DNA from: Tubiluchus corallicola | Lineage: Eukaryota; Animalia; Priapulida | Direction: 5' to 3' | DNA length: 64,000 nt | Assembly (NCBI GenBank): GCA_030141605.1 | Contig: JAQGDQ010000088.1 | Span: forward strand, 62,001-126,000 | Shown: positions 1 through 13,400 of the stretch, in pieces | Numbering within the stretch: the stretch's first letter is position 1 | How the letters are laid out: the number at the start of each line of letters is the position of its first letter | Translations under genes and position numbers: made by a program | The notes under the pieces: model-generated | What the model saw: the letters and a program-made list of their open reading frames with translations, nothing else | Told to the model about the DNA's origin: nothing | Database searches by the model: none

Positions 1-95
1 CAGATACCGAATCATTTTCTTGAACCTTCGCCTGGGAGTAACGGCTATCTTCATTCTGAATCATACTGACACGCGGTTTCCAAATACACTGTATC

Positions 96-905
<810 letters not shown>

Positions 906-989
906 ATGATGTATGTATTCTATGAACAAAGCCTCTATATACTACTACTGGGTTGTATTTCTACCCATAAGTCTTCAATCTGAATAATA

Positions 990-2290
990 CTAGTTGGTGT
1001 CGGCAATAAATTAGAATTATCTTTATAGCAGTTAATCTTATATTCGTTGGTAATTTTAAATGATAAACTTTGGTGGGTATACAGGCTCAAACCAACAGCA
1101 GCAGATTTGAGTCAACATTTATAAATGAGTAGCCTGGGAGATCGCACTAGAAATAAGAATTTTCTTTAATACGAGTTTCACTCACAGCGATTATATGTGG
1201 GTGAAATGTCTGAATATTAATTAATATATCTAGTAGGTCAGTAAAGAATTTTTGAAGGCTGTTAGTATTTAGGTGTACAATAAAAAGATCTTTAGAACCA
1301 AGCTTTAAGTTAATGTCTTCTTGTAAAGTGGCTACCTTGAAATATTTTGAATCACAAAGATGTCTGTAATTATCAATATCATAGCATCTTTACTTACTTG
1401 ACTTAGAGAAGAAACATGTGAGAGCGTGTTATTGAAAGACTGGCTTCCAGGAAAAGTAAGTAGCTCAGAAAGGTCACTGTTGTCAATGCCCTGAAATAGA
1501 AGAGTAGAATTAATGCATGTCAGACAAAAGTAAGGATCATCTGATAATGCGAGAGACTGAAATTGTGTTTTCGTAAGAATTGTACAACGCCAGCTGTAAT
1601 ACAAGTCACAACAGATACATTTATATAGCCATGAACATGTCTTTAAACAAACTTTGCATAGTGAAGAAGAGTTAGAAGAGTTAAAAGTTTTAGCACTAAC
1701 AATATGCTAACAATAGATTAATTTTAGAATTTGCACTACTGGGTAGATTTAGTCGTCTGGGTTTTAATTTGTATTCATCATTTTTAGTGCCAGCTCTGGA
1801 TAGCGTCGAAGTCACCAGATCATGTCCATAAGTATTTGAAACTGTTCCGTTACTTAAATGCCAGGCAGCTTTTATATAGTGTTGGTCTTCTATCTGTCAT
1901 CCATTCGTTGATGGAGATTTTTTTATTCATGGTAAAACCTAATTGGTCTGCTGTTAGTGCTCTGCTTCTATGATTGTATAAACGTTCACGGACATCTGCA
2001 GAATTTAATAGTAATCGGCAGTGTCTCCTCCTCGTGTCTTTGTCTGAGTCGATGTGCATGAAATGCTAATATCATGTGAGTCAATCGCTTGGCGTCCCAA
2101 ATCAGAAATGAGAGCATTGGTGTCCTCCTGAATCACAGGAATACTGGAGATAAATGACGTGTCCCTTCGCTGGCAAGAATAAGTTAAGGTTTTACAGAAA
2201 CGTAAAAAGCAGCTATAGTTTAGAGTCAGAAAATTAATAGTAAGGAACAAACAACATAGACGAAACATAACGAAATTCAGGGTGAGTGAT
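990..2290 (-). mobile_element. Decayed 5' part of a CR1/L2-like LINE (ORF1 remnant, PHD-like finger, start of the APE endonuclease)
   Basis: Minus-strand remnants: ISINEWMT..R..LYK (ORF1 C-terminus-like), CICCDLY...QF..L..SDDPYFCLTC (PHD-like) and HLNTNSLQK...HIIAVSETRIK (endonuclease N-terminal motifs); stops and frameshifts present. Confidence 0.7.
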
Positions 2291-2616
2291 CATGAACTAC
2301 AAATTGAAAAAGGCAGATGCACAAACCAATCAGAAAATGAAAGATTCTGCATACCTTGTAAGAACAATGAAAGCGGCAAACAAAAGACAATTGAATATGA
2401 ATTACAGTTCATATTTAGTTGAAGCAATGAACCTATGAAGCCAATAAGAGAAAAATATGAAGACAGACTCTATAATTTTACCTTTCTAAATCACCTTTGT
2501 CCCTACTCTGGATATTCAATTCTGAGAACAAAATTGATCTAAATACCTTTGGAAAATTCATCTCTGAGTGTATCCAAAGATACTGTAATTAGAATATATT
2601 AAAATTTGAGCATTAT

Positions 2617-2870
<254 letters not shown>

Positions 2871-4062
2871 CGTGTATATTGTAACTAGATTAGGTTCCAA
2901 ATTTTGTGATCGACTTTTGTACAAAGTGTATCCAGTAACTCTAATATCATTTTCTGGCATGTGATCGTAAAAGCAAAATCTCATTATGCTGTATAATGAA
3001 CTAGTCAATGTGTACCCCCGTTAATATAGACATAATTATACTAACTAATATAAAGCAATCTATTGCAATCTATAGATATTAATTATAGTAACTACTATAA
3101 CTAGCAAGTATCATTGGGCAGCCAAAATCTCAATCAGTTTAATTGATAATATAATTGTACTAGTCGATCTGTATCTCATAATAGCTAGTATAGCTAAGTA
3201 CAAGTACGTCAGTTTTTTTTTGTATGTATGACAGTAATTTGTAGATCTACCTGTATATAATTTTCTTTTATACCCAATGTATGTAATGTTAATGGCGCGT
3301 TTGTGCAATAAATTGAATTGAACTGAATTGATATACTGGTTGAAAGTTTCTTGTATTGGCTTACGATTTGGCTTATAAAATGGCGTAAATTACAGATTTT
3401 ATCGATTTTGGCCGGCATGTTATCGAAAATGTACGTTAGGAAAGTGGTACATTAGGGTGAGTAAATTAATTCTGCATAATGTTTAGAGTTACCTTATTAT
3501 CTGGGTAGCTTGTGTGTGCTACAGTAGGTGGGACTTTTGTTTTTCAGCAGTTTCACATCGACCTCTCTTCTAGGCTGGAAGGCAGTTATCTCTAAGTGCA
3601 GGCCTAGTTTAATCTTGTAACGCTGTCTTCTTTTTTATATTTCAAAATCTGCTCCCAATAATTTCTTACTTTTAGGGCTTGGTTAACTCTGCCATTTACT
3701 TCCTTCAATTTGTCTGTATTATCAACATACAAATCATCTATTGCAACACTACTTGTACCCATTCTTCATTCAATTTAATTCGATACGTTTATTTGTCTCA
3801 GTGACCACTTTACATTACAGTACATGAAGTTATAATAAAATATATTCACAGAGACGGGGTGGTGAAAAATCAAATTATTGCCAATACGAGCCTCTTACAT
3901 AACTCAATATTGAGACTAATAAATTGTAGTGGCAAAAAAAAGCAAAGACGTGTAATTAAATTAATTTAATTTATATTCATTACGAAAAACGTAAGCTCAA
4001 ATTAATCAATGAATTAAAAAAAGTCCAAAATTTACAGTTAAAAAGTAACAATATGTAACTAA

Positions 4063-4496
4063 TAGGGTTACCAGATTAGAAAATTAGAAATACAGGCCAC
4101 TTAAAATCTCTCTATATTACTGTATATATAGATTTATACATGCCTACATACCCAGACCAATATATTATATAAAAGTAGAGACACAAGTTAAAAACATAAA
4201 GCAAGTTGCAAATAGGAAGCAAACACGTCAGTTTTGTGTAAACTTCTAGTATCACCGGTTTCCTCGTTACATTTGGGTTATTTTCATCAAGAGAAACTGA
4301 GAAAAGAAAGTATAATTACTTATAAAGTTTCAACTAAGAACTGTAAGAAGGTAGTAAAAATATCTTTTTATTATAAAATTTGAAAATGAACCAAATACAT
4401 GTCATATGCGTGAGCCTGAAAGGTCAGTACATGACAGGGGATAAAATTATCAAATATGGGACATGTCCCATATATAAGGGACATCTGGCAACCCTA
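4063..4496. mobile_element. Non-autonomous hAT-type element (MITE)
   Basis: Terminal inverted repeats TAGGGTTACCAGAT (4063) / ATCTGGCAACCCTA (ends 4496), 13/14 match; 8-bp flanks GTAACTAA / GTAATTAC (6/8) fit a decayed hAT target-site duplication. Confidence 0.75.
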
Positions 4497-4539
4497 GTAA
4501 TTACATAATTACTAGTCATGTTATATGCTACCTAGTTTG

Positions 4540-5250
4540 TGGGTGTAAGACTAAAACCATTCAATTTTGCGCATGTTAATAAATGTTTTGTAGTGTCTTC
4601 ACTATTTCCACATAATGAACATTTAACATTTGTTTAAACTTATTTTTATAATTTGCTTTAACTCTGACCATATTTAATTTCCACTCTGTAATTTTGTTAA
4701 CTGTTTTTTCTTCACATTGTACAACATATTTCATTGGTTTGCCCCAATGTTTAAAAATTGCAGCTTTGTTTTACTTCTAATTTTTAACACACTTTGCTTC
4801 TAATAAATACTGGCTTATTGCGCCTTTAATTTCTTTTTCCCACAATGATTTCTTTTTTTAATCTATTGGCTGGTTTCTTATATCTTTTATACCAACCGCC
4901 CTTAATAGTTGTTTGTGCAACGTTTTTTAAAAATTTACGTGTACCTCTGTCCTCATCAGAATTCACTAATGTTCTTAACCACATTTTGTAATTTTGTTGT
5001 AATGAGTCCTTTGTTCAAGGGGCCAAATTCCAAGTACTAACAATAAACCCCAATGACTAGTACTCATTCTTTGATTTACTATTTCACATAGTATATCTTT
5101 CTGTCGCTCGAACTACTCCAGTTCATTAATTCCCTTTTCATATACCCAATTTTTTCATTCCTTTTTTCATTACCCATTCCATGTCCACCATTTTCAGTTA
5201 TATAATCGCCCAGATATTTATAATGACTCACCCTTTTCACACCTTTTTGT
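4540..5250 (-). mobile_element. Decayed LINE ORF2 fragment (RT thumb / C-terminal region)
   Basis: Minus strand reads YKYLGDYITENG (RT thumb YKYLG motif) followed by broken Lys/Glu-rich frames; T-rich plus strand like the LINE remnant in the POLR3K intron. Confidence 0.5.
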
Positions 5251-7109
5251 TCTTGCTTCTTGACATCCCAGCGGCTATCGTCCTATCAGGCGGTTCACAC
5301 AGGCCTCTCTAAAACAATTGTGTTAGTAGGCTAAAAGGGCTGAGAAAAGTAGAAATCTTAATAGCAAGCCAAACATTCTACACTGTACCTGCTTCCCAAT
5401 GTAGACAGTCTGCGATTACTCTAACATACATGTACATGTATGCATTGCAATACTAAATTTTTATTTCCAGTCCCATTTTCTGTCTCACATTCATTACTTT
5501 CTGTATCCTAGTATTAATTGTTACCAACTTTTCTGTTTCACTTACTTTTAGATCTTCTAACTCTATATCTGATTCACGCAGTCTATTTAAAGCTTTCTCA
5601 CACCTTTAATAAATGTTCAGTTGTGTTATCCTGATTTTTACACAAGGAAGTGAATATTGTTCCGATGATCGGAATCGTGTTTCCGAAGGATAAAGTTCTG
5701 ATAATCAGGAAAAATTAGTCGAAGTTTTACAGACTTTACGGGTCTTAGCGGTAAAGAGAGTAGGAGAGGAGCTGAACTACTGTTCCGAGAACCGTTTAAG
5801 CGTAGCGCATATCTAAGAGAATAATTAAAAAAAATGAAAAATGAAACTTTTTAACACGGAAAAATCACAGACGTAAACACGAAACACTCTCAAACACAAT
5901 TCTCGCTTTGGTCCACCTTCAGTGATTCAGTTTAGCTTTGGCATGCAGTTGTATTGTAGGCGACATAGCAACACTAGCTCTGCTGTTTGCAATAAAAATC
6001 GAATCTGACTGGACTGCGAGTCAGCAGGTTACTGCCTGTGGGTGGCCTGACATCTGACAAACAAACAACTATGACGCAATATAAAATAATGCTGCTGGCT
6101 AATTACGGGAAATAGGTTTTAAGCAAGTGTTTGTAATAGAGCGAAAAATTCTCTTTCAGGCACAATAAAACTTTTTAATGTAGTTAACTTCAAAACTTTG
6201 TGGCAACTAAATTTCAGGACTTTGTAAAAAATGTGACTCCGCCTCAGTATTCTTTGATTATAAAACAGTAAGAAGTAATAATGTTTCCAAATTTGATGTC
6301 AGTTGAAAGAGCATTTTCTGATCTATGAGTACATGTACATTTTGTCTGAAAGCAGAATTTTTTACTTTGTCAAAGCTATCGATAAAACCGAAAAAGAAAA
6401 ACAAACTTTTCAGTAAATCGTACATTTATTTTGTAATTGCATCTAGAGTGTGTCTAGGGTGTTTACTATCAATATTGATGAGTTAAGAGTGCAATCATCT
6501 TGCAAAATGGACTACAATTTGAATTTAAATTACATTTTCCTCTCTTATGCACTGCATAAACCTTTGTCGTTGTCATTGTGTTTCATCATGTCATTTCTCT
6601 TCTAGCTGTGTTTTGTAAAATGTATATTTAAAATAAAATGGCATAACCCTAAGGTTCCCACCCATTTCTCAATGTTCTGTTCCCAGATGATTTTTTTCCT
6701 AGCAATACTGCACTGTCTGTAACAGCAAACTGAGACTTCTATTTTCAGGAGAGGTGTGCGTGGGTTTAAAAAGCACTTTACTACGCTTTTTAGAATAAGC
6801 AAAGCTGGTATAACTACACAAATTTCAAATACTTTCACACCAGACATTTTTCTATTTCAATTTTAAAAAATCTATACCTAGTGGCTTTTTAGTACAAAAA
6901 TATCCTCATGATTAGTGCGTGCACATGTTCATTGCCCATGATAGGGATGTTGCGCTACGGCATTTTCTGTTGGCTGCTTTTCCAGATAAAAGTGTGTTCA
7001 GAGCACCTTGGGACTTCGGTGCTGGTGCCAGGTTAGGTGGGAGTTGATTCAAGCACAGCACATATTAGTGTAGCTGTGATCCCGATTATTGGAAGAACAT
7101 TAGAAAATT

Positions 7110-7490
7110 AATTTGTGTACAGCAGAGTTCGCAGTCCTACTGATCGGAACTCGAACACCATAAAGTTGCGGTTTTAATGTTTGGAACTTGAACACGGTTA
7201 AGTCGCGATTCTTACGGGAACTTACGGGAACTTGAACACAGTAAAGTCGTGGTTCTAATGATAGGAACTTGAACACAGTAAAGTCGCGGTTCTAATGATA
7301 GGAACTTGAACACAGTAAAGTCGCGGTTCTAATGATAGGAACTTGAACACAGTGAAGTCGCGGTTCCGATGATAGGAACTTGAACACAGTAAAGTCACGG
7401 TTCTAATGATAGGAACTTGAACACTGTAAAGTCGCGGTTCCAATGAATGGTTCCGATGAATGGAACTTGAACACTGTAAAGTTGCGCGAT
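7110..7490. repeat. 37-bp minisatellite, about 9-10 copies
   Basis: Unit GGAACTTGAACACAGTAAAGTCGCGGTTCTAATGATA; unit starts at 7146, 7183, 7227, 7264, 7301, 7338, 7375, 7412 and ~7462; central copies near-identical, edge copies degenerate. Confidence 0.95.
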
Positions 7491-10400
7491 CTACAATTTG
7501 AAAATGCTGGACACAATTTTACCTTTCGTAGACCTAGAGCCGGGTGCGGTTCCTTCTTAAGCGCGATAAAAACTATTGACAGATGGTGCATCAACTTGCC
7601 GTTGGCATATTGTTCCATAGATTCCGTTCGAGGGGACCGCTTTGACCGATCCATTGGTCAGGAACCTTGATGTTCAGGAAATTTCTCGCTAACCTGGCAA
7701 AATCGGAAGGGGCTCCGTCTTGTTAAAAAAAGGCATTAGCAAGGTCACTCCTCACCTGAAGTTGTGGCACAGCAAACTATTGCAGCATCTCCAGGTAAAC
7801 TTCCTGTAAGAGTGGGTGTATAACTGAGTGCATTGCGGAAGAAAAATAGTCCAATCAACCAGTGCTAGACATGGCACACCAAACCACCAGCTTTAGAGAG
7901 TATCGTTCATGCTCGAGAATTTTTGCTGGCTGCACGTTGAAGCAGTGAAACAGACACAAATCTTCTCAAACTCGCGCTGAACTGCAGTCGGGGAGTGAAA
8001 AACTTCTTGCCAGGTGGCAATTTTGCAATGATGCTCCAACATCAATTGGCGAGCCATGGGCAAGGGAATGATATTCTTGCAAAAACTGCAAAGCCTAAGC
8101 TGTCAAATGCTAATTTTCCTCACATCTCTCTGAATGATACATGAAATGAAATAGAAAAAAGGAGCTATATAGTGGCTTTTTGGACACCCGATGTATATGT
8201 CAGCTTTCTATGCACTGTAAGCCTTTGATGTAACTAGTCAAATTAATTTGTTTGTGTAAAATGAATTACTTGACTAACTGAAGGTTTGGCATAGTAAATC
8301 TGTAAGTTTAACTTGAAAATCTTTATTTTGTGTGATGTGTTATAAAATTGTAAAATTTGTACATTACTAAATAAATCATTTGTACAATGCTAGCTATAAG
8401 CAGTTGTGCTTTTAAAGTAATTACTCTAAAAATTTTACTTAAATTCAACTTGGGTTCGTTCCCAAATGTAGGAGAAAGTAGTGCCATCATCCAGATTTTA
8501 GTACATCTGCCCATAAAAACTGCGAAACCAGTTCTGCTATGGATCTAAAGTACATGTACTAAAAATTGGCCTAGTTTTGGTCCTTATAAAATTGAATCAG
8601 AGACAAAGTGTGATGCATTCGCCTTAAAATTCGTGTTTGGATGTAGCTGTACATATATTTTTAATAAAAATTAAATGCTAAGTATTGTAAAATAACTGTG
8701 TAGTTGTTAGTTCTTAATTACAGCTGCAAAAAAATAGAAACAGAACTAACACACTGTCATACGTAACTTCAATTATTTGCAGGAGAGCTTAACTCATCAG
8801 GACTTTGTCATGGCATTCTGGACCAGATCATTAAAGTACAATTAATTGAGAACAAAATCATTTTCTGTCAAAATCAAGAACAAGTTTAAAAAAACTCTGC
8901 AATTACGACATGTCTTATCGCAGTCTTGCCTTTTCTTACCACCTATAATGTTCGTGCAAAGATTTGTGAAACATGTATTAGATCTAGTTGAGTAGTATAT
9001 CCCAAACAGCCAACAGTCTGGTTTGTTTGATTTGTATTTAAATAGCCTTTGAATCGTATCTTTTAAACATCAGCAATCTAGTATTTAATTTACAAGTGCG
9101 CCATATTATGGGTACATGTATTCGTTAGTGTGACTTAGACTTAAAATCAAAACGAGTTAAATGGCATAAAACCTGCTGATCAGTCTGCGATCACTGTACT
9201 AAGAGTAGGAATTAAATGTCAAAAAACATATAGTTGAATTTAGTTGATTTTTTAATTAGTAATCGGTAAAGAATTATTGCTACATCTCGGGAATTTAGTT
9301 GGGACACCTTTATTTGATTAATATGAACTTCAGTGAACAGGCGTACAAACATTTATAATGGCAAAATTTCCTTAAAATGGCAAATAAACGTTTCATTTAG
9401 GTCCTGTAGCCCTAAGTTAATTTCTATACATTCTTAAACCTTCATTTGCATCTGTGTTGGTGTGCTGCTACACATTTAATTGTGATTTTACTATGCACTA
9501 TGAATTTATTTTCACACATCAAAAATACATCACCAGACACATCAGTAAATTTAAAATAAAATCATTTGAGTACCATTCGGTCATTAACACACTCACCTTA
9601 CTTAAATGAAGAAATTATAATTATGCATGCTTTTGTAGGTGATTTACCTGCATGCAGTGCTTTAGTAGTGGGCTATTAGGATTCGTATCTCACAAACTCA
9701 AAATTGGCTTCATAAAGATTTTGTCATGTATGACATGGCATCACACAACGTTTCATAAGCAACGTATTTCCTCTTGTTGGTTTAGGTAACGAGCGCCAAA
9801 TATATTGGGCATTATTTAGAGAATCGCCGGTTTGTTATTTGAAAATAATAATACAATTGTAATTTTAAATATAAATTATTAATTAATTAATACAAATAAT
9901 AAACCACCGAGTATTAGTCGGTCACCTTACTCATTTGTATCGTTCTATCACATTAGTTGGGCCAGTACTTTTGTTTCCTATTACATGCGGTTTTCAATTT
10001 TTTCAAGTTTATTAGTAATTTGCGTAATCTACATCAGACTGCTTTTACTGCGACTTTGACGATATATACATCAGTACATTGATTTGGGCTAAACTCGTAC
10101 AGTAAAGTGGAGGTCTGTGCTAATTTATACGGCTTATTTTTAGTTTTAATTTAAAGTTATTCTAGCTTCTCTTAAATGTAACAGCGACTTGAATAGATGG
10201 CGACACAGTACAGGTCAGTCGTACATCTGTGGATGTGCAAGGCATAAAGCGCCGTCATTGACGTAAACTGGAAGTTGTGGCCTTTCTAATAATTTTGTTC
10301 TATGGGTATTACCAGATTATTTCACGGTTTTTTTCTTGGTAGTTGTTGCTATGATGATACTTTACTGCTTTCTAAATCGTTTCTTTTATTTTGCTAATTA

Positions 10401-13400
10401 TTGCACTATGGTGATCTTAAAACTTCTTAACTATTTTCCAAATTTCATTCCGTAATGGCAACGTTGTACACTTTAGCTTTCATGGCATGTGCACTTGTTC
10501 CCAAAAGCTCGAACCCATTATGTGTTGAACTCACATTAAACTTCATTAATTTTAGCGTTGCTGGCACTTTTGCGCAAGTTAGAAAAGATGGTCGATTGTT
10601 AAAAATTAATGCCTTGATAATCAATGACGTAACCTTTATATATCTCGCAAGCTTACCAATAATGTCTGTAAAATGAAATGGCATTGAAGAGGTACCTTTT
10701 CCCTGCATATTCATTTTGAAAATTATTGTAAGCTGTTTACATTGTTTTCTCTACGCAGTATACATAGTTAAATTGTGTTCTTCATCTACTTAAATGCGAG
10801 TCGCTTCCTTTGCTTTTATTTTTTTACAATAATTTTGCGAAGTTCACCATTTCCTACGTGTTAGTTAGTACGAATGCAAGACAGCCATTTTCATCGCAGC
10901 AGCACTCTGCCAAGGACAACTTAACAGTAGTTAACTTGGCTCATATCTAAATACAGTCTGATACAACCGCAGTAGCAACCACAGTTGGTGTGTGAATCGC
11001 TAAAGCATATCTCTGAGCTGAGCTGCTACTGTCTTGTATGGTTAACTGCATAACATCGCTTCCATTTATCTAGTGAGCATGTCAGTCCTCCGCCTTCTAC
11101 AGTAGCTGCAGGTACCTGTTGGACCTGTTAAACCAGTAGCAGCGGCCACGAACTGTACGCTGCTCTCTGTTTCGGAATTCTCAGCCATTATTGTGTGTTT
11201 GTGGCAATACAAGTAGAATACGTGTTCGCAGTGCTTGTTTTTACCTGCATGTACGAAATGTGCGCTCATTATTGATGCTTATTGTGAGATGAAATTTCAT
11301 GAACGTGATGCGGCTGATCTGAGTTGCCGTGTTATTATAACTGGCAATACATCATGAATTTTAGATGGAGCTGAGCGTGCCAGCCTTGTATGAATACGAT
11401 AATATGGGATAACTTAGTATGACACGACGTAATGAGGTATGATGAAGATATAGCTTTATTACTGCAACATTCAACTTTGTTTCGGTAAACATTGACGGCT
11501 GCCATTGCCTGATGTCATTATGATATGCGTTGCTTTGCCTGTTTTGTGTTTTTAATTCTACATGTTTTGTAATGTTTTTTCACCTGTATTAATTAGATTA
11601 CTATACTCAGTTCAGCATATGTGATAATCAACTAAGGTAATTTGCTCCTATAAAGTTAAGAAACGTGTTTATTTTTTTCGAGTTCATTATATAAAAAAAT
11701 TAAAACAGCACAACTCATGAATACAAAGCCAAAAAAGCCTGTCTGAGACAGCCTGTCAGTCTGGGAGATTATGGAGTATTTTGTTTTGAGTACATGAAAC
11801 ATAGCCCCAGAACGTGATATTTTAAATATTCAGTTATTCTTTACATTAATAAGTATTTATATTTTAACGTGGAAGAACAATTTATTGTGGGTAAAAGATG
11901 TCCTTAATGCTATGTAGGAGAAAAATACTATTATATACTATACTGCATAATCAAATGATTGACACAGTATGTTATGAATTTATAAATGGCACTAAATAGG
12001 GGTGGCTGGTTCAGTTACGTATTTTTTTCGTCACCCTTCCCATTTGATTGATTATACGTTAAACCAATATCATGTAAATGTTATATATCCGGATAAACAA
12101 TAAATGATTTGATTTAAAATGTACAGCACTAACGCATTAGTACTTGGTGCTTCCGCTGTATGTCAGAAACCATTTTATTTAAGTTTAATTCCCTTTGGTT
12201 TTGATGATGCATTAAATTTAATCGACATCTCATGTTTTTAAGCGAATTGGTGTGGAAGCAGAATCTGCGTTTCGTGCTCTCACTGAGAGGTTTATACAAA
12301 GCAGGCCATTGCATTTGTTTGAGAATTTTCTTCAGAAAACTATTGCTTTCTAATTTGTTGCCTTTGTAACTTGTCACTTTTTGCAAACGTAATAGCCTCA
12401 TTAGCATGATCAAAACAATATTTAAGTAACGTACATCAAGGAGAGAAAGCTTATGAAAGATTCTGAATTTAATTCTGAAATTTGTTAAGATTCTTCTGTA
12501 TCCCCGGTTTTTATTATTTATTTATTATTATTTGTGGCGTTTTGTTTAATTTGTTTTCAAAGAGTGATTTGTCTTCATTTTCGTTGAGTTCTGATCGTCT
12601 GATGCTTTGGCATTACTTACTGAATTAATTGACTGTTGCTTTGTCATAACAAATATTTATCTCAAATATGTTGCGTCTTTCTAATTTTCTGGAATATATT
12701 GCTTTTTTTGTTCGTAGAGATTCTCAGGAACTTTACTCGTTTGAGCCTATGCTATTACTTACTGAATTATTTGACGCAAAAAATATCAGATACGCTGCAT
12801 CTTTCAAACTTCTGAATATATATTACATTTTTGTCAAATTTTTATGATTCAATAAATTCATAATTGTGTTGATTCCATACTAGGTGTAGCGTTTTGTAGC
12901 CGTTTGGAAACCTAGGTGTTCAACGTTGTTTTTGCTGTATCTTCAAATGAATAAGGGTTTGGGGTTTAACATTGCTTCATAGAAACGCACATTAGTAATA
13001 CAGAACATCCCGACGAGATAATTCTAATCATTTTTTTCGTAACTTTCAGGTTTCTTGCTCTTTTTTATACAAAAATATTGGCAAATTGGTACTGTATGTA
13101 TATAGGTTATCTACGTATTAAAATGTTAAATACTGTGACATTGGTCAGTGCTATGGAATGGAAGAACGTTATCATTACACCTTTAAGTTAGACTAACCTT
13201 TTAAATTTTAATGTTATGTTTCTGTTTTAATATCTTGATGTGATCGCATTATGCGGATCCATAAGGTGTTAATTAGGCCACGGCATTAACACGGTGCTGC
13301 TGTTAGAGGTGCACCGTTCAGCAAAATAAAGAAGATCATTCACATTTCAAATTTACCACCGATACCTTTATCATGTACTGAAAACCAGATTTTACCATTA

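Noticed and set aside
7110-7490. CRISPR-like array (37-bp period)
   Set aside because: Units are head-to-tail with no unique spacers, there are no cas genes, and the context is eukaryotic.
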